DNA of 64,000 bases from an uncultured Actinomycetes bacterium (GCA_947085935.1 CAMTYE010000001.1:40878-104877), one strand, 5' to 3'. Counted from the stretch's first letter, positions 48,888 to 59,168 are shown. Numbers and translations: made by a program. Notes: a model not told the origin generated them from the letters alone.

Positions 48888-49784
48888 TCAGAGGACCTGA
48901 TCAGCGCACCACGAGTGCAGGTACGGCAGCATCAGCCTGTACGGCAGGATCACCTGGTCGACGGTTTTGCCCTCGCGGTCGACAAGAACCCAAAGCGGCG
49001 CCGCATAGACGTCGGCACCCTCGATGTCGAACGCCGTAACGCCCAGGTTCTTCATGAGAGACAAGCTGCCGTTCAGGTTGGCGGAAATGTCGGTGAATTC
49101 CACCGTGACGTCACCCGCGAACTCGTCTTCCAGTGCTCCAAGCTGCTGCAGCATCTCGGGCTGGAGCTGGGGCAGCATGTTGCTCGCGTAGATCACGCCG
49201 CGCTTGCCGTCGCGGGTCGCGTCGATCAGTTTGCCGGTGTCGCCCTGGAAGAAGACGTGGATCGTCGCCGGGCTCGTGGCGACACGGGCTGCCGTGCCCG
49301 CGAACGTGCCACTCCACCCGTCGTTTCCTCCCAGGAGGTACTGTACGTTGTCGACACCCTGCCGCTTGAGGAACGCAACAGCCGAGCGTGCACGGGGCTC
49401 GTTGTCTGCGGTGATGACCACGGCCCTGCCGCCCCACATGCCGTACGCGGTTTCGAGCGAAGCGAGCGGGTGATTGACCGCGCCGGAGGCGTGCTCGAGC
49501 CCGAACGATGCGGCCAGAGAGACGTCGACGAGCAGGGCGCCCGAACCGATGAGTACCGTGGCCTCGGAGTAGGACACCCCGTCGGGGGACTCCGACTCGC
49601 CTGCCGTCGGAGTGGTCGTGGAGGCCGCACCGGTCTTGGCCGCGGGCTGCGTGACGAGCAGGTCGTCTCCGCCGGGGCCAACGAGCAACCCGCACCCCGA
49701 CAGGGTGAAGGCGGCGAGTACGAGGGTCGTGGTCATGGCGACGGCCATGGGCGAGAAGTGACGCTGCTGCGACGAGTACTGCAT
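48888..49784 (-). CDS. Lipoprotein with rhodanese-like domain (no catalytic Cys) and C-terminal thioredoxin-like region
   Basis: Lipobox LSGC; LLVDV....F...H..GA.N.PL ... L.GG...W rhodanese pattern. Confidence 0.65.
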   Translation of the reverse strand: MQYSSQQRHFSPMAVAMTTTLVLAAFTLSGCGLLVGPGGDDLLVTQPAAKTGAASTTTPTAGESESPDGVSYSEATVLIGSGALLVDVSLAASFGLEHASGAVNHPLASLETAYGMWGGRAVVITADNEPRARSAVAFLKRQGVDNVQYLLGGNDGWSGTFAGTAARVATSPATIHVFFQGDTGKLIDATRDGKRGVIYASNMLPQLQPEMLQQLGALEDEFAGDVTVEFTDISANLNGSLSLMKNLGVTAFDIEGADVYAAPLWVLVDREGKTVDQVILPYRLMLPYLHSWCADQVL

Positions 49785-49818
49785 GTGGTCTCCTCCCCGG
49801 AAGACTGTGCTGCGATAT

Positions 49819-49846
49819 GTGTCGGCATAACCGGCGCCTGGGATGA
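49819..49846 (-). promoter_or_regulatory. Putative sigma28/WhiG-type promoter
   Basis: TCAT-N16-GCCGACAC. Confidence 0.45.
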
Positions 49847-49957
49847 GCCCCGGATGTATACGTTCTGCCCATGGATGATACCATGCAGTATACGTTCAAA
49901 GCAGCAACGGCGATGGGGGGCGCGTCCGGTCGCGCACCGCCGTTCGAAAGGGGTCAG

Positions 49958-50737
49958 ATGCCCGAACACGCCAACTCGCTCGCTGTCTTCATCGACTTCG
50001 AGAACCTCGCCCTGGGCGTCAAGCCGGGGCGCGGTACGCGCGCGTCAAAGAAGTCGCAGGTCATCGATATGAAACGCATTCTCGAGCGTCTGGTCGAGAA
50101 GGGCAAGATCGTCGCGAAGCGGGCCTATGCGGACTGGGGCAGGTTCGCCGACTACGTCACACCGCTCCATGAGCTCGGAATCGAGCTCATGGAGATTCCG
50201 AGCCGGGGGATGACCGGCAAGAACTCAGCGGATATCCGGCTCGTCGTCGACGCGATGGAACTCAGCCATACGAAGGACCATATCGACACGTTCGTTATCG
50301 TCTCAGGTGACAGCGATTTCACGCCGCTCGTCGGAAAGCTCAAGGAGAACGGCAAGACCGTTATCGGGTTGGGCCTCAAGGACTCCACCAGCGAGCTGCT
50401 GGCGACGAACTGCGACGAGTTCATCTACTACGAGGACCTCGGATCGCCGGCCGCCGCGCCCGCCCTCGGCGAGACGGTTCCTCGAACGAAGCGGCCCGCA
50501 TTCAAGCTGCTCTTCGAGACCATCGAGGCCATGCAGCGCGAGAACGTCGAGGTCATACACTCATCGCTCGTCAAAGACACGATCAAGCGCAAGCAGCCCT
50601 CGTTCGCCGAGTCGGCCTATGGGTACCGCTCCTTCACGCAGCTTCTCGAGGATGCCCAGAGACTCGGGTTTATCACTCTGCACAAGGACCAGCGCTCCGG
50701 AACGTACGTCGTGGAAGGCTTCGGGAGCGAGAAGTAG
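49958..50737 (+). CDS. NYN domain protein with C-terminal OST-HTH/LOTUS
   Basis: FIDFEN, AYADW, KNSADI.LVVDAM, SGDSDF.PL, F.ES.YGY.SF..LL. Confidence 0.9.
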   Translation: MPEHANSLAVFIDFENLALGVKPGRGTRASKKSQVIDMKRILERLVEKGKIVAKRAYADWGRFADYVTPLHELGIELMEIPSRGMTGKNSADIRLVVDAMELSHTKDHIDTFVIVSGDSDFTPLVGKLKENGKTVIGLGLKDSTSELLATNCDEFIYYEDLGSPAAAPALGETVPRTKRPAFKLLFETIEAMQRENVEVIHSSLVKDTIKRKQPSFAESAYGYRSFTQLLEDAQRLGFITLHKDQRSGTYVVEGFGSEK

Positions 50738-50804
50738 CACCCTCAGGTCTGAGCCGTATCTGCCGAAGATACTCGTAGCACAGTCGTAGCAAAGGACGCA
50801 GCAC

Positions 50805-52295
50805 ATGGCATCGACAGCGCGCAGCGGCGCTTCGCGCGCACGCGCCTTCACCGCCCTGACACTCGTGGCGGTTCTCCTCGGCGTACCCGACGTGTTCGCG
50901 CTTTCGCGCGAGACGATTCTCGCTCGCGGCAAACGCTGGGTCGACCTGAAGGTCCCCTACAGCAACACGCTGCGCTTCGAGGGCTACCGGCAGGACTGCT
51001 CGGGCTTCCTCTCCATGGCGTGGATGCTGACCTACGCTGACGGGTCGGCCAAGGCGCTCGACACCGCGGGTCTCGACGACCCGGGGCTCGTGACGCCTAT
51101 CGCGAAGGAGAATCTGCAGCCCGGGGATATGATCCTGAGGCCAAAGGACCAGCCGGGCGCCGCGTATGGCCACGCGGTCCTCTTCGTCGGCTGGGCCGAC
51201 CCCCAGAAGACGAGCTACCTGGCGTATCACCAGAGCAGCTCGGCCGGTGGCGCCGTTCTCGCGCAGATCAAGTACCCCTTCTGGAACGAGACGGGTTTCG
51301 CGCCGTATCGCCTCAAGGCCGTGGGTGACGACTATCTCGACGTTATCGAGCCGATCTACGGGCAGGACCGCTACGAGACGTCGGTACGGACATCGTGGCT
51401 CGCGTATCCCACGGCCGGTTCGGCGAAGGCGGTCGTGATCGCGACCGGAGCGGACTGGCCCGATGCGCTCGGTGGCGCCGGGCTCGCCGGGGCGGCCGGA
51501 GGCCCGATGTTGCTGACCCGCACCAACTCACTGCCGGCCCCTGTGCGCGATGAGATCGACCGTCTCAATGTCTCGAAGGTCTACATCCTCGGCGGGGGCT
51601 CTGCCGTGTCGACGGCCGTGGTCGACGCGATCGACGCGATTCCCGGGGTCTCGCGGCCTCAGCGACTCGGAGGTCGCGATCGCTACGAGACGGCCGCCCT
51701 GGTCGCCGGCGCGACGCGCGCGGCGTTGACCGCAGCGGGGCGCGCGTACGACGGGCATGTCTACGTTGCCACCGGAGCTGGCTTTCCCGATGCGCTCGCC
51801 GCATCCCCGGTCTCTGCCGTGACGGGTCGGCCGATCCTGCTGACGCGACCCGACTCGCTGCCGCAGCCGACAGCGGACGCGCTCACGGCTCTCGGTGCCG
51901 GGCGCGTATGGGTCCTGGGTGGAACTGCGGCAGTGAGCGAGACGGTGACCGCCGGGTTCTCGGCTTCGGGCCTTGCGGTCGAACGCCTCGCGGGCGCGAC
52001 CCGCTATCAGACGTCGGTCGCCGTCGCGAACCATGCGGTGGCAGCCGGGCTCGGATGGCGGAACGCCGGCATGGCGACGGGTACGTCGTTTCCCGACGCA
52101 CTGGCGGGCGGCGTCGCGCAAGGCGCGCGAGGCGGGTTCTTGCTCCTCACACCCGGCCACCGCCTCGACTCTGACGTCCGCACAGTCCTCGCGGCGCGCC
52201 GCGGCGACATCGTGCGCCTCCGATTCTACGGCGGACTCGCTGCGCTCTCGGACACGACTCGCAGCCAGGCCGCCTCGGTCATGCGTGCCCGGTAG
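50805..52295 (+). CDS. NlpC/P60-like peptidoglycan hydrolase with three cell-wall-binding-2 (CWB2) repeats
   Basis: YRQDCSGFLSMAW, L.PGD, GH.VLF; repeats G.DRYET...ATG..FPDAL...P.LLT. Confidence 0.85.
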   Translation: MASTARSGASRARAFTALTLVAVLLGVPDVFALSRETILARGKRWVDLKVPYSNTLRFEGYRQDCSGFLSMAWMLTYADGSAKALDTAGLDDPGLVTPIAKENLQPGDMILRPKDQPGAAYGHAVLFVGWADPQKTSYLAYHQSSSAGGAVLAQIKYPFWNETGFAPYRLKAVGDDYLDVIEPIYGQDRYETSVRTSWLAYPTAGSAKAVVIATGADWPDALGGAGLAGAAGGPMLLTRTNSLPAPVRDEIDRLNVSKVYILGGGSAVSTAVVDAIDAIPGVSRPQRLGGRDRYETAALVAGATRAALTAAGRAYDGHVYVATGAGFPDALAASPVSAVTGRPILLTRPDSLPQPTADALTALGAGRVWVLGGTAAVSETVTAGFSASGLAVERLAGATRYQTSVAVANHAVAAGLGWRNAGMATGTSFPDALAGGVAQGARGGFLLLTPGHRLDSDVRTVLAARRGDIVRLRFYGGLAALSDTTRSQAASVMRAR

Positions 52296-52358
52296 CCCGG
52301 CGTCGCCCGTCGCCCGTCGCTCTCGGCAGCGGTGCGGTCCTGTGATACGTTCTGCGGC

Positions 52359-54548
52359 ATGAACCCCACGTATTCGCTGTTCGCTCCGTGTGCGCTCGGC
52401 CTCGAGAAGCTCCTTGCCGAGGAACTTCGTGCTATCGGAGCATCACGCGTGCGCGCCGCGCGTGCCGGTGCCTCCTTCCAGGGGACTCTCGAGATCGCCT
52501 ACTCGGCATGCCTCTGGTCCCGGCTCGCGTCACGGGTCCTTCTCCGCGTCACCGAAGTCCCGGCCTCGTCGCCCGAAGAGCTCTACGAGGGTGTCCGGGC
52601 GGTGCCGTGGGAGGAGCACGTGAGCGTGGACGGGACGATCGCCGTCGACTTCACTTCGTCGCGGTCGCCGATCACCCACACCAAGTACGGCGCCCTGAAG
52701 TCCAAGGACGCGATCGTCGACAGGTTTCGCGATCGCACGGGCCGGCGTCCGAACGTCGACGTCGAGGCCCCGGATCTGCGGATCAACATCGCGGCGCGCG
52801 CTCGAAGCGCAGTCGTGAGTCTGGACCTGGCCGGAGCACCGCTGCATCGGCGAGGCTACCGTCAGTCGGGGATCCAGGTCGAGGCGCCGCTCAAGGAGAC
52901 GCTGGCCGCAGCGGTGCTGCTGTTCGCGGACTGGCCGCGGATCGCCTCGGAGGGCGGCGCGTTCGTCGACCCGATGTGCGGCTCGGGGACGCTCGCAATC
53001 GAAGCAGCGCTCATCGCGGGCGATCGCGCCCCCGGTATCCTGCGGGATCGCTGGGGCTTCGACGGATGGGCGCAGCACGACGTCGATCTGTGGCACGCGC
53101 TGCTCACGAGCGCTGACGATCGTGCGGAGGCGGGCCTCGAGGCCCTACCGCCCATCATCGCAAGCGACATCGACCCCAGGGCCGTCTCGATCGCGCGGGA
53201 GTGTGTTCGTCGGGCGGGCCTCACAGGACGCGTCGCGATCGAATCGGGCGACGTGCGCGAGGCCATCGCCCCGGACGGCATGCATGACGGACTGATCGCG
53301 ATCAACCCGCCATACGGCGAGCGGTTGGGGAATCCGGACGACCTCCGGTCGCTCTACGCCGGTCTGGGGATGACGGTGCGCAGGTCCTTTCCCGGCTGGC
53401 GTGTCGCGATGATCGCCAGCGACGAGCGTCTCGTCTCGGCGACGGCACTGCCGATACTGGGCAGGCACGAGGTCATGAATGGCCGCATTCCGGCAGCGGT
53501 CTACCTGCTCAAGGGCCCGGTCGTCAAGGCGCGCGTAGCGCAGCAGTCCCGCGATGCCGCAGGCTCGGCCGCCGACGCCATGTTCGCGAATCGTGTGCGG
53601 AAGAACCTCAAGCGGCTCGGTCAGTGGGCGCGTCGCTCGGGGGTGAGCTGCTACCGGGTCTACGATGCAGACATGCCCGAGTACGCGGTAGCGATCGATC
53701 TGTACGAGGGTGCAGGCCCCGATGAAGGCCGTTTGTGGGCGCACGTGGCAGAGTACGCTCCGCCACGCGATGTCGATCCTCTCGCTGCGCAAGGGCGACT
53801 CGACGAGGTCATGTCCGTCGTACCGGAGGTCCTGGGTATCGATTCGTCGGACGTGTTCCTGAAGGTCAGACGTCGGCAGAAGGGAGATGCCCAGTACGAG
53901 CGTCAGGACGTGCGCGGTACACCGCATCTTGTCGCCGAGGACGGCCTGCTGTTCGAGGTCAATCTCGAGGAGTACCTCGACACGGGGCTGTTCCTCGACC
54001 ATCGGCTGACCCGCCGGATGCTCAGGCAGATGTCACCGGGCGCCCGGGTGCTGAACCTCTTCGCGTACACCGGCGCGGCCAGCGTGTATGCCGCTGCGGG
54101 TGGTGCCGCCTCCACGCTCACGGTCGACATGTCATCGACGTATCTGGAGTGGGCCGGACGCAACATGGAGCGCAACGGGTTCACGGGAGCCCGTCACGCG
54201 ATGATCAGGGAGGACGTGCTCGGGTGGATCTGCGGCCGCGACGCGCGGGTGGCCGGCCCCTTCGACCTGATCTTCTGCGATCCTCCCACGTTCTCGTCGT
54301 CCAAACGCATGGACGCCACGCTCGACATACAGCGGGACCACGTCTCCCTGTTGAGTTCGGTCGCGGACCTGCTGGCACCCGGCGGCACGATCGTCTTCTC
54401 GAACAACTTCCGGCGGTTCAAGATGGATAGCACCGCCCTGGCATCGATCGGGCTGAGCGCCGAGGACATCACGGCGGAGACGATTCCCGAGGACTTCGCG
54501 CGCAATCCCCGAATCCACAACACCTGGAGGATCGCGCGTGACTCATGA
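52359..54548 (+). CDS. rlmKL: Bifunctional 23S rRNA m2G2445/m7G2069 methyltransferase
   Basis: THUMP region, LHRRGYR, DPMCGSGT, NPPYGERL; C-half YLDTGLFLDHR, LNLFAYTG, DPPTFS. Confidence 0.93.
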   Translation: MNPTYSLFAPCALGLEKLLAEELRAIGASRVRAARAGASFQGTLEIAYSACLWSRLASRVLLRVTEVPASSPEELYEGVRAVPWEEHVSVDGTIAVDFTSSRSPITHTKYGALKSKDAIVDRFRDRTGRRPNVDVEAPDLRINIAARARSAVVSLDLAGAPLHRRGYRQSGIQVEAPLKETLAAAVLLFADWPRIASEGGAFVDPMCGSGTLAIEAALIAGDRAPGILRDRWGFDGWAQHDVDLWHALLTSADDRAEAGLEALPPIIASDIDPRAVSIARECVRRAGLTGRVAIESGDVREAIAPDGMHDGLIAINPPYGERLGNPDDLRSLYAGLGMTVRRSFPGWRVAMIASDERLVSATALPILGRHEVMNGRIPAAVYLLKGPVVKARVAQQSRDAAGSAADAMFANRVRKNLKRLGQWARRSGVSCYRVYDADMPEYAVAIDLYEGAGPDEGRLWAHVAEYAPPRDVDPLAAQGRLDEVMSVVPEVLGIDSSDVFLKVRRRQKGDAQYERQDVRGTPHLVAEDGLLFEVNLEEYLDTGLFLDHRLTRRMLRQMSPGARVLNLFAYTGAASVYAAAGGAASTLTVDMSSTYLEWAGRNMERNGFTGARHAMIREDVLGWICGRDARVAGPFDLIFCDPPTFSSSKRMDATLDIQRDHVSLLSSVADLLAPGGTIVFSNNFRRFKMDSTALASIGLSAEDITAETIPEDFARNPRIHNTWRIARDS

Positions 54549-55269
54549 CGCGGAATCCGCGCTGCTGCCCCCGTTCGGGGTGCGGCGCAGCGCCCGCGCC
54601 CGCAGGATCAGGCTCACAGTGAGCGTACGCGAGGGGCTCATCGTGACCTTGCCGCACGGGGTGCCGGAGAAGGCGGCGCTCCAAGCGGTGAGCGCACGGG
54701 CCGCGTGGGCTCGCAGGCATCTCGCCTCGACGGCGGCGCGCCGCGCCGCGGTGACCGCGAGCCCCGAGGCACAGCTGCCGTCGCTCGTGGAGCTGAGAGC
54801 ATTCGGTGAGTCATGGCCGGTGGAGTACCGGCAGGGGAGCGGGACCGGCACCCGCGCCGTCTGCCGCGGCGCCGCGCTCGTGGTCTCGGGCGACACCGAC
54901 GACGCCCGTGCATGCCTGGACGCGCTGCGTCGGTGGCGTGACCGGACCGCGCGCGAGGGTCTGGTTCGCGTGCTCGACGAGGTCTCCTCGGCACTCGCTA
55001 TCCCGTACGCACGGGTCGCCGTCCGCGGGCAACGCACGCGATGGGGCAGCTGTTCGAGCGCCGGTTCGATCTCGCTCAATCGCAACCTCGTGTTCCTGCC
55101 CGAGCATCTCGTCCGCTACGTGTGCGCGCATGAGCTGACGCATATCGAGCAGACGAACCACTCGCCGCGCTTCTGGTCGCGTCTGCACGCGCACTGGCCG
55201 ACATCTCCCGCCGCGCGCACACAGATGCGATCGGCGGCGACCTACGTGCCCGCGTGGGCCGAGAACTAG
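54538..55269 (+). CDS. M48/YgjP (DUF45) zinc metalloprotease-like protein
   Basis: RRS.RARR, Q.TRWGSCS, HELTH....NHS.RFW. Confidence 0.88.
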   Translation: MTHDAESALLPPFGVRRSARARRIRLTVSVREGLIVTLPHGVPEKAALQAVSARAAWARRHLASTAARRAAVTASPEAQLPSLVELRAFGESWPVEYRQGSGTGTRAVCRGAALVVSGDTDDARACLDALRRWRDRTAREGLVRVLDEVSSALAIPYARVAVRGQRTRWGSCSSAGSISLNRNLVFLPEHLVRYVCAHELTHIEQTNHSPRFWSRLHAHWPTSPAARTQMRSAATYVPAWAEN

Positions 55270-56447
55270 CCACCCGCGATCAGCGGTGATGCGGCGCGCA
55301 CCCGGTCCACGAGTGCGGCGGTCTCCGCGCGCACCCGTTCGCTTACGGCGGGCAGGGGCTCGTAGTGGTCCTCGAGCAGTGTTGCCGGCGCGACCTCGCC
55401 GGTGATACCGGACACGCGCTCGCGCCACGATTCGGGCAGCACTACATCGGTCTCTCTGCCGAGGAGTTCCATCGCCAGCGCCGTCCATGCGCGGGGCACG
55501 ATGTGCGCCCACCCGTAGCCTCCCCCGCCCGTGGCGCAGATGCGTCCGTCGCAGGTCTCCTCGGCGGTTTCGATGATCCGGGCCACCAGATCGCGGTAGC
55601 CCGGCAGGGTCAGGCCGAGGTGCGTCAGAGGGTCGGCGTGGTGCGTGTCCGCCCCGCACTGCGCGACAACCACGTCCGGTTCGAACGCACGGATGGCGGG
55701 AGACAGCACCTCGCGCGCGACCATGCGATAGCACGCGTCGTCTGCGAGAGGCGGCAAGGGCACGTTCAGTGCGAAGCCCGTACCGGCACCCCCACCCGTC
55801 TCTACGAGCCGACCGGTGCCGGGATAGAGGTAGCGGCCCGATTCGTGCACCGACAGCGTGAGCACCTCAGGCTCGGCGATGAACACTTCCTGGACCCCGT
55901 CGCCGTGGTGGGCGTCGATGTCGACGTACGCGACACGAAGGCCGGGGTGCTCGGATCGCAGAACCGCGATCGCGACGGCCGGGTCGTTATAGACGCAGAA
56001 GCCCGCCGCGCTGTCCGGGTGGGCGTGATGCAGCCCGCCGGCAACGCTCAGGGCGCGACGCGACCCGCCCTCGACCACCGCCCGCAGGGCCGCGACGGTC
56101 GCACCGCAGGCCAGGGCGGCCGCTTCGTGCATCCCGTGGAAGGCGGGGGTGTCCCCCGGTCCGATGCCGCTCCGGGGCGCGAAGCTCCCGGGTTCCGCTG
56201 ATGCGTCCATGACAGCGTCGATGTGACGGGCGGTGTGCACGAGGCGCAGATCGTCCCGGGAAGCGGGCGTGACCGGGCTCATGAGGGCCCGGGCACCCGC
56301 AGCTTGAGAGCCGAGGGTGCCTTCGTCGAGCATGTCCAGCGCGCGCATCAACTCGACGGCGAGCGAGAACCGCTCGGGCCTCATGGGGTGGCCGGTCCCG
56401 AAGGAGTACTCGGCAAGGCGGTCTGAGTACGGGAAGGCGATGCTCAT
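55266..56447 (-). CDS. acuC: AcuC/histone deacetylase family protein
   Basis: HPM.P.R, GGLHHA, GFCVYND, DIDAHHGDG, S.HESG, G.D.H..DPL, GGGGY. Confidence 0.88.
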   Translation of the reverse strand: MSIAFPYSDRLAEYSFGTGHPMRPERFSLAVELMRALDMLDEGTLGSQAAGARALMSPVTPASRDDLRLVHTARHIDAVMDASAEPGSFAPRSGIGPGDTPAFHGMHEAAALACGATVAALRAVVEGGSRRALSVAGGLHHAHPDSAAGFCVYNDPAVAIAVLRSEHPGLRVAYVDIDAHHGDGVQEVFIAEPEVLTLSVHESGRYLYPGTGRLVETGGGAGTGFALNVPLPPLADDACYRMVAREVLSPAIRAFEPDVVVAQCGADTHHADPLTHLGLTLPGYRDLVARIIETAEETCDGRICATGGGGYGWAHIVPRAWTALAMELLGRETDVVLPESWRERVSGITGEVAPATLLEDHYEPLPAVSERVRAETAALVDRVRAASPLIAGG

Positions 56448-56682
56448 GTGGCGTTTCTCCCCGAAACGACGGACTCCATGCGCCATCGCCGGCAGCCGAA
56501 GGCATACGGGGCGGTGTTTTGGGCGTGCTGACCGCATGATTTGGTCGTCCGGCCTCGCTATCGTAGAATACCCATCTGCGCTGAAATCGGCCCCAGTCGC
56601 GCGGCCGGTCAGTCACGGACAATCACGCGCCGTTCCTGAGCATGGGCTGAGTGCCGGAACGACGTCAGAGGGAGGCTACAAC

Positions 56683-57861
56683 ATGGAAGAGGTCATCGGG
56701 CTGTACGAGCTGCCCGTGGAAAGCGTCGCGGGGCAGAAGCGGATCATGCTCGACGACACCACCCTGCGCGACGGCGAGCAGACCGCGGGCGTGGTCTTCA
56801 CAAACGACGAGAAGGTCAAGATCGCGAAGATGCTCGACGAGATCGGCATCGATCAGATCGAAGCAGGCATCCCGGTCATGGGCGGTGCCGAGCGCGAGGT
56901 CATTGAGCAGATCGCGGGAATGGGCCTCAAGGCGTCCGTGCTCGGATGGAACCGTGCCAGTGTCGCCGACATCCGCACGTCCATCGAGTGCGGTGTCGAT
57001 GCGGTCGCCATCTCGCTTGCCACGAGCGACATCCATATACAGTCCAAGCTCCAGAAGGACCGCGCCTGGGTGCTCGCGACCATCAAAGAGGCGGTGGCGT
57101 TCGCTAAGAGCCACGGCGTCTACGTCTCGGTGAACGCCGAGGACGCGTCACGCACCGAGCTGGGCTTCCTGATCGAGTACGCCGAGGCGGCCAAGTCCGA
57201 AGGGGCTGACCGGCTCAGGTTCTGCGATACCATCGGCGCGCTCGGCCCGTTCAGGACGTACACGGTCATCAAGGAGCTCATAGAGGCGACGGGTCTCGAA
57301 ATCGAGATGCACACCCACAACGACTTCGGAATGGCGGTCGCGAACGCGCTCGCCGGAGTGCACGCGGGCGCCAACTGGATCAACGTGACGGTGGGAGGAC
57401 TCGGCGAGCGGGCCGGCAACGCCGCACTCGAGGAGATCGTCATGGCTCTCAAGTACATCGAGCACATCGAGATGGACATCGATACGCCACGCTTTCGGGA
57501 GATGGGCGAGTTTGTCATGGAGGCCGCCGGACGCACCGTTCCGGTGTGGAAGTCGATCATCGGCACGAACGTCTTCGCGCACGAAAGCGGGATTCACGCG
57601 GACGGTGTCATCAAGGACCCCCGGACATATGAGATATTCAGTCCTGATGAAGTCGGCCTGCAGAGGCAGATAGTGGTCGGCAAACACTCGGGATCCCGCA
57701 CGCTTGAGATGAAGTTCGACGAGTACGGTATTGAGTTGTCGCGTGAGCAGGCGGTCGAACTACTGCCGCACGTCAGGACCAAAGCGATCGAGCTGAAGCG
57801 CCCGCTGTTCGACAAGGAGCTCGTGGAGCTCTTTAACGCGCACAGGACCCCGGGAGCGTAG
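56683..57861 (+). CDS. NifV/homocitrate-synthase-like DRE-TIM condensing enzyme (possibly Re-citrate synthase)
   Basis: DTTLRDGEQ, H.HNDFG, GLGERAGN, FAHESGIH.DG, GKHSG; no LeuA regulatory domain; TAGAAT at 56564-56569. Confidence 0.85.
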   Translation: MEEVIGLYELPVESVAGQKRIMLDDTTLRDGEQTAGVVFTNDEKVKIAKMLDEIGIDQIEAGIPVMGGAEREVIEQIAGMGLKASVLGWNRASVADIRTSIECGVDAVAISLATSDIHIQSKLQKDRAWVLATIKEAVAFAKSHGVYVSVNAEDASRTELGFLIEYAEAAKSEGADRLRFCDTIGALGPFRTYTVIKELIEATGLEIEMHTHNDFGMAVANALAGVHAGANWINVTVGGLGERAGNAALEEIVMALKYIEHIEMDIDTPRFREMGEFVMEAAGRTVPVWKSIIGTNVFAHESGIHADGVIKDPRTYEIFSPDEVGLQRQIVVGKHSGSRTLEMKFDEYGIELSREQAVELLPHVRTKAIELKRPLFDKELVELFNAHRTPGA

Positions 57862-57899
57862 GCCGCACATCCCGCTGCGGGCATGTACTGAAGGAAAGG

Positions 57900-59168
57900 G
57901 TGATTCCGATTCCCGGAAAGACGATTGCCGAGAAGATATTCTCGGCGCACTCAGGAACCGATGCCGTGGCCGGCGACATAGTCGTCGCCGATGTCGACTT
58001 CGTGATGGGCCAGGATGGCACGTCGCCGCTGGCGATCCGTGCGCTCGAGCGCATGGGTGTCGATGAGGTCTTCGATCCGAAGAAGGTCGCCGTGGTCATG
58101 GACCACAGCTCCCCGAGTCCGCTTGAGGGAGTCAGCGCCCTGCACACGATGATGCGCGAGTTCGGTCGCAAGACCGGCGCCACCGTCTACGACGTGGGCG
58201 AGGGCGTGTGTCATCAGCTCATACCGGAGAAGGGCCACGTCGTTCCCGGCGACCTCATGGTCGGCTGCGACTCACACACATGCACCTACGGTGCGCTCAA
58301 CGTCTTCTCGACCGGCGTGGGCTCCACCGACGGTGCCGCCGCGATGGCCTCGGGCAAGCTCTGGTTCAAGGTGCCCGACACCATGAAGGTCACCTACGAG
58401 GGGGCCTTGCAGCCGGGCGTCTTCTCCAAAGACCTCGTCCTGCACCTGGCCGGCCAGATCGGCGTGGACGGAGCGACCTACGAGGCCATCGAGTTTCACG
58501 GTCCCGTCATCGACGAGATGTCGGTCGAGGCGCGGATGACCATCTCGAACATGGCGATCGAGGTCGGGGCGAAGGCCGGGCTCATGAAGGCCGATGCGAA
58601 GACCCTCAGCTGGTTCGAGGGCCGCGGTGAGAAGACCCCGGCGCCACAGGATCCGGACACGGACGCGATCTACGCCACGGAGTTGACCTACGACGCGAGC
58701 AGTATCGGTCCGCAGGTGGCCAAGCCGCATGCCGTCGACAACGTGAGCCCCATTGAGGAGGTTGTCGGAACGCCGATCGCCGAGGGCGTTCTGGGCACAT
58801 GCACCAACGGCCGCCTTGAGGATTTCGCCATCGCAGCCCGGATCCTCGAGGGTCGCCGGGTGCATCCGGACGTGCGTTTCATCGTGGCGCCGGCGTCGCG
58901 GCAGATCCTCCTCGATGCGATCGAGGCGGGCTATATCCAGACGCTCGTCGCCGCGGGAGCCGCGCTGGTCACTCCCGGTTGCGGGCCGTGCGTCGGCACG
59001 CACAACGGCGTACCATCGGACGGCGAGAACGTCATTTCGACGGCCAACCGGAACTTCAAGGGCCGTATGGGCAACAGCAACGCCTTCATCTACCTCGGGA
59101 GTCCGGCCACCGTGGCCGCGTCGGTCATCGAGGGCAAGATCACCGACCCGCGTCCGTACTTCGGCTAG
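57900..59168 (+). CDS. 3-isopropylmalate dehydratase/homoaconitase-type large subunit
   Basis: DH, GVCHQ, DSHTCTYGA, GTCTNGR, PGCGPC, STANRNFKGRMG. Confidence 0.9.
   Translation: MIPIPGKTIAEKIFSAHSGTDAVAGDIVVADVDFVMGQDGTSPLAIRALERMGVDEVFDPKKVAVVMDHSSPSPLEGVSALHTMMREFGRKTGATVYDVGEGVCHQLIPEKGHVVPGDLMVGCDSHTCTYGALNVFSTGVGSTDGAAAMASGKLWFKVPDTMKVTYEGALQPGVFSKDLVLHLAGQIGVDGATYEAIEFHGPVIDEMSVEARMTISNMAIEVGAKAGLMKADAKTLSWFEGRGEKTPAPQDPDTDAIYATELTYDASSIGPQVAKPHAVDNVSPIEEVVGTPIAEGVLGTCTNGRLEDFAIAARILEGRRVHPDVRFIVAPASRQILLDAIEAGYIQTLVAAGAALVTPGCGPCVGTHNGVPSDGENVISTANRNFKGRMGNSNAFIYLGSPATVAASVIEGKITDPRPYFG

Noticed and set aside
56683-57861. Evidence of nitrogen fixation (nifV)
   Set aside because: No nifHDK/ENB in the window; context points to tricarboxylate metabolism
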